A stretch of DNA of 64,000 nt from Eledone cirrhosa (Eukaryota): NCBI GenBank assembly GCA_964016885.1, contig OZ024740.1:418128001-418192000 (forward strand), read 5' to 3'. The notes under the pieces were generated by a model, which had not been told where the DNA came from, made no database searches, and saw only the letters and a program-made list of their open reading frames with translations. The first letter of the stretch is position 1. Every line of letters begins with the position of its first letter. Below are positions 45,001 through 56,360 of this stretch, piece by piece. The translations under genes and the position numbers were made by a program.

Positions 45001-48000
45001 GAGAGACAGAGGATAGTAAAGGCCTGACACACCGTGAACTTCAATGACATCTGCCATAGGGAAACTGACATCTTTTGGTATGTAGTCTACATGAGAGACA
45101 GAGGATAGTAAAGGCCTGACAGATTATCCACTTCTATGATATCTGTCATAGTGAAACTGACATCTTTTGGTATGTAGTCTACATGAGAGACAGAGGATAG
45201 TAATGGCCTGACTCACTGTCCACTTCACTGACATCTGCCATAATGAAACTGACATCTTTTGGTATCTAGTCTACATGAGAGACAGAGGATAGTAACGGCC
45301 TGACAGATTGTCCACTTCAATGATATTTGCCATAGTGAAACTGACATCTTTTGGTATGTAGTCTACATGAGAGACAGAGGATATTATAGGCCTGATAGAC
45401 TGTCTACTTCAATGACATCTGCCATAGTGAAAGTGACTTCTTTAGGTATGTTGTCTACATGAGAGACAGAGTATAGTAAAGGCCTGACAGATTGTCCACT
45501 TCAATGACATCTGCCATAGTGAAACTGACATATTTTGGTATGCAGTCTACATGAGAGACAGATGATAGTAAAGGCCTGACAGACTGTCCAATTCAATGAC
45601 ATCTGCCATAGTGAAACTGACATCTTTTGGTATGTAGTCTACATGAGAGACAGAGGATAGTAAAGGCCTGACAGACTGTGAACTTCAATGACATCTTCCA
45701 TAGTGAAACTGACATCTTTCTGTATGTAGTCTACATGAAAGACAGAGGATAGTAAAGGCCTGACAGATTGTCCATTTCAATGACATATGCCATAGTGAAA
45801 CTGACATCTTTTTGTATGTAGTCTACATGAGAGACAGAGGATAGTATAGGCCTGACAGACTGTCCATTTCAATGACATCTGCCATAGTGAAACTGACATT
45901 TTTTGGTATGTAGTCTACATGAGAGACAGAGGATAGTATAGGCTTGACAGACTGTCCACTTCAATGACATCTGCAATAGTGAAACTGACATCTTTTGGTA
46001 TGTAGTCTACATGAGAGACAGAGGATAGTAAAGGCCTGACAGATTGTCCACTTCAATGATATTTGCCATAGTGAAACTGACATCTTTTGGTATGTAGTCT
46101 ACATGAGAGACAGAGGATAGTAAAGGCCTGACAGATTGTCCACTTCAATGACATCTGCCATAGTGAAACTGACATCTTTTGGTATGTAGTCTACATGAGA
46201 GACATAGGATAGTAAAGGCCTGACAGATTGTCCACTTCAATGCCCTCTGCCATAGTGAAACTGACATCTTTTGGTATGTAGTCTACATGAGAGACAGAAG
46301 ATAGCATAAGCCTAACAGATTGTCCACTTCAATGCCCTCTGCGATAGTGAAACTGACATCTTTTGGTATGTAGTCTACATGAGAGACAGAGGATAGTAAA
46401 GGCCTGACAGACTGTGAACTTCAATGACATCTGCCATAGTGAAACTGACATCTTTCGGTATGTAGTCTACATGAAAGACAGAGGATAGTAAAGGCCTGAC
46501 AGATTGTCCATTTCAATGACATTTGCCATAGTGAAACTGACATCTTTTGGTATGTAGTCTACATGAGAGACAGAGGATAGTATAGGCCTGACAGACTGTC
46601 CATTTCAATGACATCTGCCAGAGTGAAACTGACATTTTTTGGTATGTAGTCTACATGAGAGACAGAGGATAGTATAGGCTTGACAGACTGTCCACTTCAA
46701 TGACATCTGCCATAGTGAAACTGACATCTTTTGGTATGTAGTCTACATGAGAGACAGAGGATAGTAAAGGCCTGACAGATTGTCCACTTCAATGCCCTCT
46801 GCCATAGTGAAACTGACATCTTTTGGTATGTAGTCTACATGAGAGACAGAGGATAGTAAAGACCCGACAGACTGTGAACTTCAATGACATCTGCCATAGT
46901 GAAACTGACATATCTTGGTATGTAGTCTACATGAGAGACAGAGGATAGTAAAGGCCTGACAGATTGTCCACTTCAATGACATCTGCCATATTGAAACTGA
47001 CATCTTTTGGTATGTAGTCTACATGAGAGACAGAGGATAGTAAAGGCCTGACACACCGTGAACTTCAATGACATCTGCCATAGGGAAACTGACATCTTTT
47101 GGTATGTAGTCTACATGAGAGACAGAGGATAGTAAAGGCCTGACAGATTATCCACTTCAATGATATCTGTCATAGTGAAACTGACATCTTTTGGTATGTA
47201 GTCTACATGAGAGACAGAGGATAGTAATGGCCTGACAGGCTGTCCACTTCACTGACATCTGCCATAATGAAACTGACATATCTTGGTATGTAGTCTACAT
47301 GAGAGACAGAGGATAGTAAAGGCCTGACAGATTGTCCACTTCAATGACATCTGCCATATTGAAACTGACATCTTTTGGTATGTAGTCTACATGAGAGACA
47401 GAGGATAGTAATGGCCTGACAGGCTGTCCACTTCACTGACATCTGCCATAATGAAACTGACATCTTTTGGTATATAGTCTACATGAGAGACAGAGGATAG
47501 TAAAGGCCTGACAGATTGTCCACTTCAATGATATTTGCCATAGTGAAACTGACATCTTTTGGTATGTAGTCTACATGAGAGACAGAGGATATTATAGGCC
47601 TGATAGACTGTATACTTCAATGACATCTGCCATAGTGAAACTGACTTCTTTAGGTATGTTGTCTAAATGAGAGACAGAGTATAGTAAAGGCCTGACAGAT
47701 TGTCCACTTCAATGACATCTGCCATAGTGAAACTGACATATTTTGGTATGTAGTCTACATGAGAGACAGATGATAGTAAAGGCCTGACAGACTGTCCAAT
47801 TCAATGACATCTGCCATAGTGAAACTGACATCTTTTGGTATGTAGTCTACATGAGAGACAGAGGATAGTAAAGGCCTGACAGACTGTGAACTTCAATGAC
47901 ATCTGCCATAGTGAAACTGACATCATTCGGTATGTAGTCTACATGAAAGACAGAGGATAGTAAAGGCCTGACAGATTGTCCATTTCAATGACATATGCCA

Positions 48001-51000
48001 TAGTGAAACTGACATCTTTTGGTATGTAGTCTACATGAGAGACAGAGGATAGTATAGGCCTGACAGACTGTCCATTTCAATGACATCTGCCATAGTGAAA
48101 CTGACAGTTTTTGGGATGTAGTCTACATGAGAGACAGAGGATAGTATAGGCTTGACAGACTGTCCACTTCAATGACATCTGCCATAGTGAAACTGACATC
48201 TTTTGGTATGTAGTCTACATGAGAGACAGAGGATAGTAAAGGCCTGACAGATTGTCCACTTCAATGCCCTCTGCAAAAGTGAAACTGACATCTTTTGGTA
48301 TGTAGTCTACATGAGAGACAGAGGATAGTATAGGCCTGACAGACTGTCCATTTCAATGACATCTGCCATAGTGAAACTGACATCTTTTGGTATGTAGTCT
48401 ACATGAGAGACAGAGGATAGTATAGGCCTGACAGACTGTCCATTTCAATGACATCTGCCATAGTGAAACTGACATCTTTTGGTATGCAGTCTACATGAGA
48501 GACAGAGGATAGTAAAGACCTGACAGACTGTGAACTTCAATGACATCTGCCATAGTGAAACTGACATCTTTTGGTATGTTGTCTACATGAGAGACAGAGG
48601 ATAGTATAGGCCTGACAGACTGTCCACTTCAATGATACCTGCCATAGTGAAACTGACATCTTTTGGTATGTAGTCTACATGAAAAACAGAGGATAGTAAA
48701 GACCTGACAGTCTGTGAACTTCAATGACATCTGCCATAGTGAAACTGACATCTTTTGGTATGTTGTCTACATGAGAGACAGAGGATAGAATAGGCCTGAC
48801 AGATTGTCTACTTCAATGCCCTCTGCCATAGTGAAACTGACATCTTTTGGTATGTAGTCTACATGAGAGACAGAGGATAGTAAAGACCTGACAGACTGTG
48901 AACTTCAATGACATCTGCCATAGTGAAACTGACATATCTTGGTATGTAGTCTACATGAGAGACAGAGGATAGTAAAGGCCTGACAGATTGTCCACTTCAA
49001 TGACATCTGCCATAGTGAAACTGACATCTTTTGGTATGTAGTCTACATGAGAGACAGAGGATAGTAAAAGCCTGACACACCGTGAACTTCAATGACATCT
49101 GCCATAGGGAAACTGACATCTTTTGGTATGTAGTCTACATGAGAGACAGAGGATAGTAAAGGCCTGACAGATTGTCCAATTCAATGACATCTGCCATAGT
49201 GAAACTGACATCCTTTGGTATGTAGTCTACATGAGAGACAGAGGATAGTAAAGGCCTGACAGTTTGTCCACTTCAATGACATCTGCCATAGTGAAACTGA
49301 CATCCTTTGGTATGTAGTCTACATGAGAGACAGAGGATAGTAAAGGCCTGACAGATTGTCCAATTCAATGACATCTGCCATAGTGAAACTGACATCTTTT
49401 GGTATGTAGTTTACATGAGAGACAGAGGATAGTAAAGGCCTGACAGACTGTCCACTTCAATGACATCTGCCATAGTGAAACTGACATCTTTTGGTATGTA
49501 GTCTACATGAAAGACAGAGGATAGTAAAGGCCTGACAGATTGTACACTTCAATGACATCTGCCATAGTGAAACTGACATCTTTTGGTATGTAGTCTACCT
49601 GAAACACAGAGGATAGTAAAGACCTGACAGACTGTGAACTTCAATGACATCTGCCATAGTGAAACTGACATCCTTTGGTATGTAGTCTACATGAGAGACA
49701 GAGGATAGTAAAGGCCTGACAGATTGTCCACTTCAATGACATCTGCCATACCGAAACTGACATCCTTTGGTATGTAGTCTACATGAGAGACAGAGGATAG
49801 TAAAGGCCTGACAGATTGTCCACTTCAATGACATCTGCCATAGTGAAACTGACATCTTTTGGTATGTAGTCTACATGAGAGACAGAGGATAGTAAAGGCC
49901 TGACAGATTGTCCACTTCAATGATATCTGTCATAGTGAAACTGACATCTTTTGGTATGTAGCCTACATGAGAGACAGAGGATAGTATAGGCCTGACAGAC
50001 TGTCCACTTCACTGACATCTCCCATAATGAAACTGACATCTTTTGGTATGTAGTCTACATGAGAGACAGAGGATAGTAAAGGCCTGACAGACTGTCCACT
50101 TCAATGACATCTCCCATAGTGAAACTGACATCTTTTGGTATGTAGTTTACATGAGAGACAGAGGATAGTAAAGGCCTGACAGACTGTCCACTTCAATGAC
50201 ATCTGCCATAGTGAAACTGACGTCTTTTGGTATGTAGTCTACATGAAAGACAGAGGATAGTAAAGGCCTGACAGACTGTGAAATTTAAGGACATCTGCCA
50301 TAGTGAAACTGACATCTTCTGGTATGTAGTCTACATGAGAGACAGAGGATATTATAGGCCTGATAGACTGTCTACTTCAATGACATCTGCCATAGTGAAA
50401 CTGACTTCTTTGGGTATGTTGTCTACATGAGAGACAGAGTATAGTAAAGGCCTGACAGATTGTCCACTTCAATGACATCTGCCATAGTGAAACTGACATA
50501 TTTTGGTATGTAGTCTACATGAGAGACAGAGGATAGTAAAGGCCTGACAGACTGTGAACTTCAATGACATCTGCCATAGTGAAACTGACATCTTTTGGTA
50601 TGTAGTCTACATGAAAGACAGAGGATAGTAAAGGCCTGACAGACTGTGAAATTTAAGGATATCTGCCATAGTGAAACTGACATCTTTTGGTATGTAGTCT
50701 ACATGAGAGACAGAGGATATTATAGGCCTGATAGACTGTCTACTTCAATGACATCTGCCATAGTGAAACTGACTTCTTTAGGTATGTTGTCTACATGAGA
50801 GACAGAGTATAGTAAAGGCCTGACAGATTGTCCACTTCAATGACATCTGCCATAGTGAAACTGACATATTTTGGTATGTAGTCTACATGAGAGACAGATG
50901 ATAGTAAAGGCCTGACAGACTGTCCAATTCAATGACATCTGCCATAGTGAAACTGACATCTTTTGGTATGTAGTCTACATGAGAGACAGAGGATAGTAAA

Positions 51001-54000
51001 GGCCTGACAGACTGTGAACTTCAATGACATCTGCCATAGTGAAACTGACATCTTTCGGTATGTAGTCTACATGAAAGACAGAGGATAGTAAAGGCCTGAC
51101 AGATTGTCCATTTCAATGACATATGCAATAGTGAAACTGACATCTTTTGGTATGTAGTCTACATGAGAGAGAGAGGATAGTATAGGCCTTACAGACTGTC
51201 CATTTCAATGACATCTGCCATAGTGAAACTGACATTTTTTGGTATGTAGTCTAGATGAGAGACAGAGGATAGTATAGGCTTGACAGACTGTCTACTTCAA
51301 TGACATCTGCCATAGTGAAACTGACATCTTTTGGTATGTAGTCTACATGAGAGACAGAGGATAGTATAGGCCTGACAGACTGTCCATTTCAATGACATCT
51401 GCCATAGTGAAACTGACATTTTTTGGTATGTAGTCTACATGAGAGACAGAGGATAGTATAGGCTTGACAGACTGTCCACTTCAATGACATCTGCCATAGT
51501 GAAACTGACATCTTTTGGTATGTAGTCTACATGAGAGACAGAGGATAGTAAAGGCCTGACAGATTGTCCACTTCAATGACATCTGCCATAGTGAAACTGA
51601 CATCTTTTGGTATGTAGTCTACATGAGAGACATAGGATAGTAAAGGCCTGACAGATTGTCCACTTCAATGTCCTCTGCCATAGTGAAACTGACATCTTTT
51701 GGTATGTAGTCTACATGAGAGACAGAGGATAGTAAAGACCTGACAGACTGTGAACTTCAATGACATCTGCCATAGTGAAACTGACATCTTTTGGTATGTT
51801 GTCTACATGAGAGACAGAGGATAGTATAGTCCTGACAGACTGTCCACTTCAATGATACCTGCCATAGAGAAACTGACATCTTTTGGTATGTAGTCTACAT
51901 GAAAAACAGAGGATAGTAATGACCTGACAGACTGTGAACTTCAATGACATCTGCCATAGTGAAACTGACATCTTTTGGTATGTTGTCTATATGAGAGACA
52001 GAGGATAGAATAGGCCTGACAGATTGTCTACTTCAATGCCCTCTGCCATAGTGAAACTGACATCTTTTGGTATGTAGTCTACATGAGAGACAGAGGATAG
52101 TAAAGACCTGACAGACTGTGAACTTCAATGACATCTGCCATAGTGAAACTGACATATCTTGGTATGTAGTTTACATGAGAGACAGAGGATAGTAAAGGCC
52201 TGACAGATTGTCCACTTCAATGACATCTGTCATAGTGAAACTGACATCTTTTGGTATGTAGTCTACATGAGAGACAGAGGATAGTAATGGCCTGACAGAC
52301 TGTCCACTTCACTGACATCTGCCATAATGAAACTGACATCTTTTGGTATCTAGTCTACATGAGAGACAGAGGATAGTAAAGGCCTGACAGATTGTCCACT
52401 TCAATGATATTTGCCATAGTGAAACTGACATCTTTTGGTATGTAGTTTACATGAGAGACAGAGGATAGTAAAGGCCTGACAGACTGTCCACTTCAATGAC
52501 ATCTGCCATAGTGAAACTGACATCCTTTGGTATGTAGTCTACATGAAAGACAGAGGATAGTAAAGGCCTGACAGACTGTGAAATTTAAGGATATCTGCCA
52601 TAGTGAAACTGACATCTTTTGGTATGTAGTCTACATGAGAGACAGAGGATATTATAGGCCTGATAGACTGTCTACTTCAATGACATCTGCCATAGTGAAA
52701 CTGACTTCTTTTGGTATGTTGTCTACATGAGCGACAGAGCATAGTAAAGGCCTGACAGATTGTCCACTTCAATGACATCTGCGATAGTGAAACTGACATC
52801 TTTTGGTATGTAGTCTACATGAGAGACAGAGGATAGCATAGGCCTAACAGATTTTCCACTTCAATGCCCTCTGCCATAGTGAAACTGACATCTTTTGGGA
52901 TGTAGTCTACATGAAAAACAGAGGATAGTAAAGACCTGCCAGACTGTGAACTTCAATGACATCTGCCATAGTGAAACTGACATCTTTTGTTATGTAGTCT
53001 ACATGAGAGACAGAGGATAGTATAGGCCTGACAGACTGTCCACTTCAATGACATCTGCCATAGTGAAACCGACATTTTTTGGTATGTCGTCTACATTAAA
53101 GACAGAGGATAGTATAGGCCTGACAGACTGTCCACTTCAATGACATCTGCCATAGTGAAACTGACATCTTTTGGTATGTAGTCTACATGAGAGACAGAGG
53201 ATAGTAAAGGCCTGACAGATTGTCCACTTCAATGACATCTGCCATAGTGAAACTGACATCTTTTGGTATGTAGTCTACATGAAAGATAGGATAGTAAAGG
53301 CCTGACAGACTGTCCACTTCAATGACATCTGACATAGTGAAACTGACATCTTTTGGTATGTAGTCTACATGAAAGACAGAGGATAGTAAAGGCCTGACAG
53401 ACTGTGAACTTCAATGACATCTGCCATAGTGAAACTGACATCTTTTTGTATGTAGTCTACATGAGAGACAGAGGATAGTAAAGGCCTGACAGACTGACCA
53501 CTTCAATGACATCTGCCATAGTGAAACTGACATCTTTTGGTATGTAGTTTACATGAGAGACAGAGGATAGTAAAGGCCTAACAGATTGTCCACTTCAATG
53601 ACATCTGCCATAGTGAAACTGACATCTTTTGGTATGTAGTCTACATGAGAGACAGAGGATAATAAAGGCCTGACAGACTGTCCACTTCAATGACATCTGC
53701 CATAGTGAAACTGACATCTTTTGGTATGTAGTCTACATGAGAGACAGAGGATAATAAAGGCCTGACAGACTGTCCACTTCAATGACATCTGCCATAGTGA
53801 AACTGACATCTTTTGGTATGTAGTCTACATGAGAGACAGAGGATAGTATAGGCCTGACAGACTGTCCACTTCACTGACATCTGCCATAATGAAACTGACA
53901 TCTTTTGGTATCTAGTCTACATGAGAGACAGAGGATAGTAAAGGCCTGACAGATTGTCCACTTCAATGATATCTGCCATAGTGAAACTGACATCTTTTGG

Positions 54001-54348
54001 TATGTAGTCTACATGAGAGACAGAGGATAGTATAGGCCTGACAGACTGTCCACTTCACTGACATTTGCCATAATGAAACTGACATCTTTTGGTATGTAGT
54101 CTACATGAGAGAGAGAGGATAGTAAAGGCCTGACAGATTGTCCACTTCAATGAGATCTGCCATAGTGAAACTGACATCTTTTGGTATGTAGTCTACATGA
54201 GAGACAGAGGATAATATAGGCCTGACAGACTGTCCACTTCAATGAGATTTGCCATAGTGAAACTGACATCTTTTGGTGTGTAGTCAACATGAAAGACAGA
54301 GGAAAGGTCAGCCCTGACAAACTGTCCACTTCAATCACATCTGCCATA
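1..54348. repeat. Tandem satellite array, 92-bp monomer, about 590 head-to-tail copies, truncated by the window's left edge
   Basis: The monomer TGACATCTGCCATAGTGAAACTGACATCTTTTGGTATGTAGTCTACATGAGAGACAGAGGATAGTAAAGGCCTGACAGATTGTCCACTTCAA recurs at 1, 93, 185 and onward. Copies differ by a few substitutions, with rare 91-, 90- and 87-bp deletion variants. I saw no inversion or foreign insertion. The array ends at ...CACATCTGCCATA (54348). Confidence 0.99.
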
Positions 54349-54418
54349 TTTTGAGTTGTATTGTAGCAATGTAGTCGGTATAAACTCGAAGGATTTGTAA
54401 TATATCTACCAGAATGAG

Positions 54419-54662
54419 GTTCCGTAGATTGGCAGAATCGGTAGAGTGTCGGACATCATGTTTTGTGAGATATAGTTACGTCCCTTTACGATCTGAGTTC
54501 AAATCCCGCGAGGTTAGCTTTGCCTTTCATCTGCACTGCGTCGATAAAATAACGTACCAGTAATGCACTGGGTCGATAAAATAAAGCACCAGTAATGCAC
54601 TGGGTCGGTTTAATCAATTTTCCCCTCCCCCAAAATTGTTGACCTTGTGACTAAATCAGGGA
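54419..54662 (+). mobile_element. tRNA-derived SINE, copy 1, with 22-bp target-site duplication
   Basis: A-box-like TGGCAGAATCGG (54430-54441), B-box GTTCAAATCC (54497-54506), and body GCCTTTCATC..GTCGATAAAAT..TACCAGT shared with other copies. Flanked by GTAATATATCTACCAGAATGAG (54397-54418) and GTAATACATCCACCAGAATGAG (54663-54684), 20/22 identical. Confidence 0.9.
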
Positions 54663-54748
54663 GTAATACATCCACCAGAATGAGATTTGTGTAGGCAGAA
54701 CTAATAATAATTAATACATACCAGTATATAAACATGGCGGAAAATAAT

Positions 54749-54926
54749 AGCTTCTGATTTAGGCAGAATCGACTCCAGTGTGTTACTGGTACTTTATTTT
54801 ATCGACCCCTGCAAAGATGAAAGACAAAGATAACATCGGCTGGATTTGAACTTAGAACGTAAAGGGATGTAACTATGCAACAAAACATGTCCGACGCTCT
54901 ACTGATTCTGCCAACCCACCGCCTTC
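54749..54926 (-). mobile_element. tRNA-derived SINE, copy 2 (reverse strand, deletion near its 3' end), with perfect 17-bp target-site duplication
   Basis: The reverse complement reads GAAGGCGGTGGGTTGGCAGAATCAGTAGAGCGTCGGAC...GTTCAAATCC...CTTTCATC...GGGGTCGATAAAATAAAGTACCAGT. Direct repeat ACATGGCGGAAAATAAT at 54732-54748 and 54927-54943. Confidence 0.9.
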
Positions 54927-55047
54927 ACATGGCGGAAAATAATGAATAAGGAAAATGATATAGTGTTTTATACAAAATTGTGAGAAAATTACTTTACAAT
55001 ATTTCTAATCCGTGTGTTGTTTTCTGGAATACATTGTGGATTGGCAT

Positions 55048-55228
55048 AGGGGCGGTGCATTGGCAGTATCGATAGAGCGTCGGACGCCATGCTTTGACGC
55101 ATAGAGTTACGGCTCTTGCCATTCTGAGTTCAAATCCCGCCTTTCATCCTTACAGGGTCGATAAAAGAAAGTACGAGTAATGCACTGGGTAATTGCTGGC
55201 CTTGTGCCAAAAGTAGAAACAATTATCT
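55048..55228 (+). mobile_element. tRNA-derived SINE, copy 3 (two internal deletions; a tail may extend to ~55305)
   Basis: AGGGGCGGTGCATTGGCAGTATCGATAGAGCGTCGGAC...GAGTTCAAATCCCGCCTTTCATCCTTACAGGGTCGATAAAAGAAAGTAC...AATTGCTGGCCTTGTGCCAAAAGTAGAAAC is colinear with copies 1, 2, 4 and 5. No clear target-site duplication; boundaries approximate. Confidence 0.85.
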
Positions 55229-55394
55229 AATGTCCTTCTTAAAGATGGTAAGGTGTGATTCTGAGGGAGTTTGACTACTTTGTCTACTAGTCCAGGTGAC
55301 CATCCTTCATTGGTTAATCTGTTAACCATTTTCTATTCAATGATCTTGGAAGTACAGCTTAATTACAGATAGATCAATCACCCTATGGAAAGAC

Positions 55395-55607
55395 GGATGG
55401 TGGATTGGCAGAATTGGTTGAGGGTCGGATAAAACACCATTGTGGCATTCGTACTGGCTGTTTACATTTTTAGTTCAAATCCCACCGAAGTCAACTCTGC
55501 CATTCACCCTTCCGAGTCAATAAAATACAGTCATGTATTGAGATTGATTTAATCAACTTTGCCCTCCCACCAAAATTTGCTGGTCTTTTTCTAAATTAGA
55601 AGTTAAT
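55395..55607 (+). mobile_element. tRNA-derived SINE, copy 4 (more diverged)
   Basis: TGGCAGAATTGG A-box, GTTCAAATCCC B-box, GCCATTCACCCTTCCGAGTCAATAAAATA body and CCCTCCCACCAAAATTTGCTGGTCTT tail. Possible short target-site duplication GAAAGAC (55388-55394 and 55612-55618). Confidence 0.8.
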
Positions 55608-55980
55608 ATCTGAAAGACAACGAAAAGTTACATTTGTGTCGGCATCTTTCCACACCTCAGTTCAACATAATATATTCGTGAGCATAGTTAGAAAGAAAAT
55701 AAATCCATTTGTCAGCGGATTTTGATTATGTTACCCAATCTCAAGTCATGATCAATCATAAAATTGGAGCTTATCTCCGATTTCTGTATCATTAAACAGA
55801 TGAGAATTAATTATTTAGCCTGTGGCATATTTATTTCTCAAACGGACTAATATCTATATTCTCTGTATAGTAAAACAGGGAGTGCCATTGTCATGTTTGC
55901 AGTAAATATATCTACATAAGATACGGAATTGATTTCTTACGACCTGGTGTTATATTACTTCAGCTATCTACAATACCCTA

Positions 55981-56164
55981 ACATAAGTGTAACTCTTCAG
56001 TTTTAGAGGAAACAAATAAGGCTGCATGATGTTTATACCTTTTTCAAAGATATTAGTAAAATACATTCTTATATAAGTGTAGCTCTTCAGCTTTAGAGGT
56101 AACGAATGAGGCTGCATAATGTACGTACCTTTCTCAAAAATATTAGTGATATATATTCTTATAT
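55981..56164. repeat. Two-copy tandem duplication, 90-bp unit
   Basis: 55981-56070 and 56071-56160 align without gaps with 15 mismatches (75/90 identical, hand count). Confidence 0.95.
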
Positions 56165-56174
56165 GATGTGTTAA

Positions 56175-56360
56175 GCGTTGGTAGAGCATCGGACGACATG
56201 CTTTGTGGCATATAGTTACATTCCGGGTTCAAATCCAACAGAGGTTAACCTTTCATCCTTACAGGGTTGATAAAATACCAGTAATGCACAGGGATCGATT
56301 TAATCGACTTACCCCTTTCCTTAAAATTACTGACCTTGTGCCAAATGTGGAAACAATATA
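56175..56360 (+). mobile_element. tRNA-derived SINE, copy 5 (5' end eroded)
   Basis: TGGTAGAGCATCGGACGACATGCTTTG...GGTTCAAATCC...CCTTTCATCCTTACAGGGTTGATAAAATACCAGTAATGCAC...CCTTGTGCCAAATGTGGAAACAAT matches the other copies. Confidence 0.85.

Noticed and set aside
549-54347. Minus-strand ORFs of 66-86 aa rich in Cys/His (zinc-finger-like look)
   Set aside because: They are translations of the satellite running through all three frames. C2H2 spacing is absent, and each ORF arises from one stop-removing variant.
1-54348. CRISPR-like array
   Set aside because: Units repeat over their whole length with no unique spacers, there are no cas genes, and the context is animal (SINEs and a LINE). The same applies to the 41-bp array.
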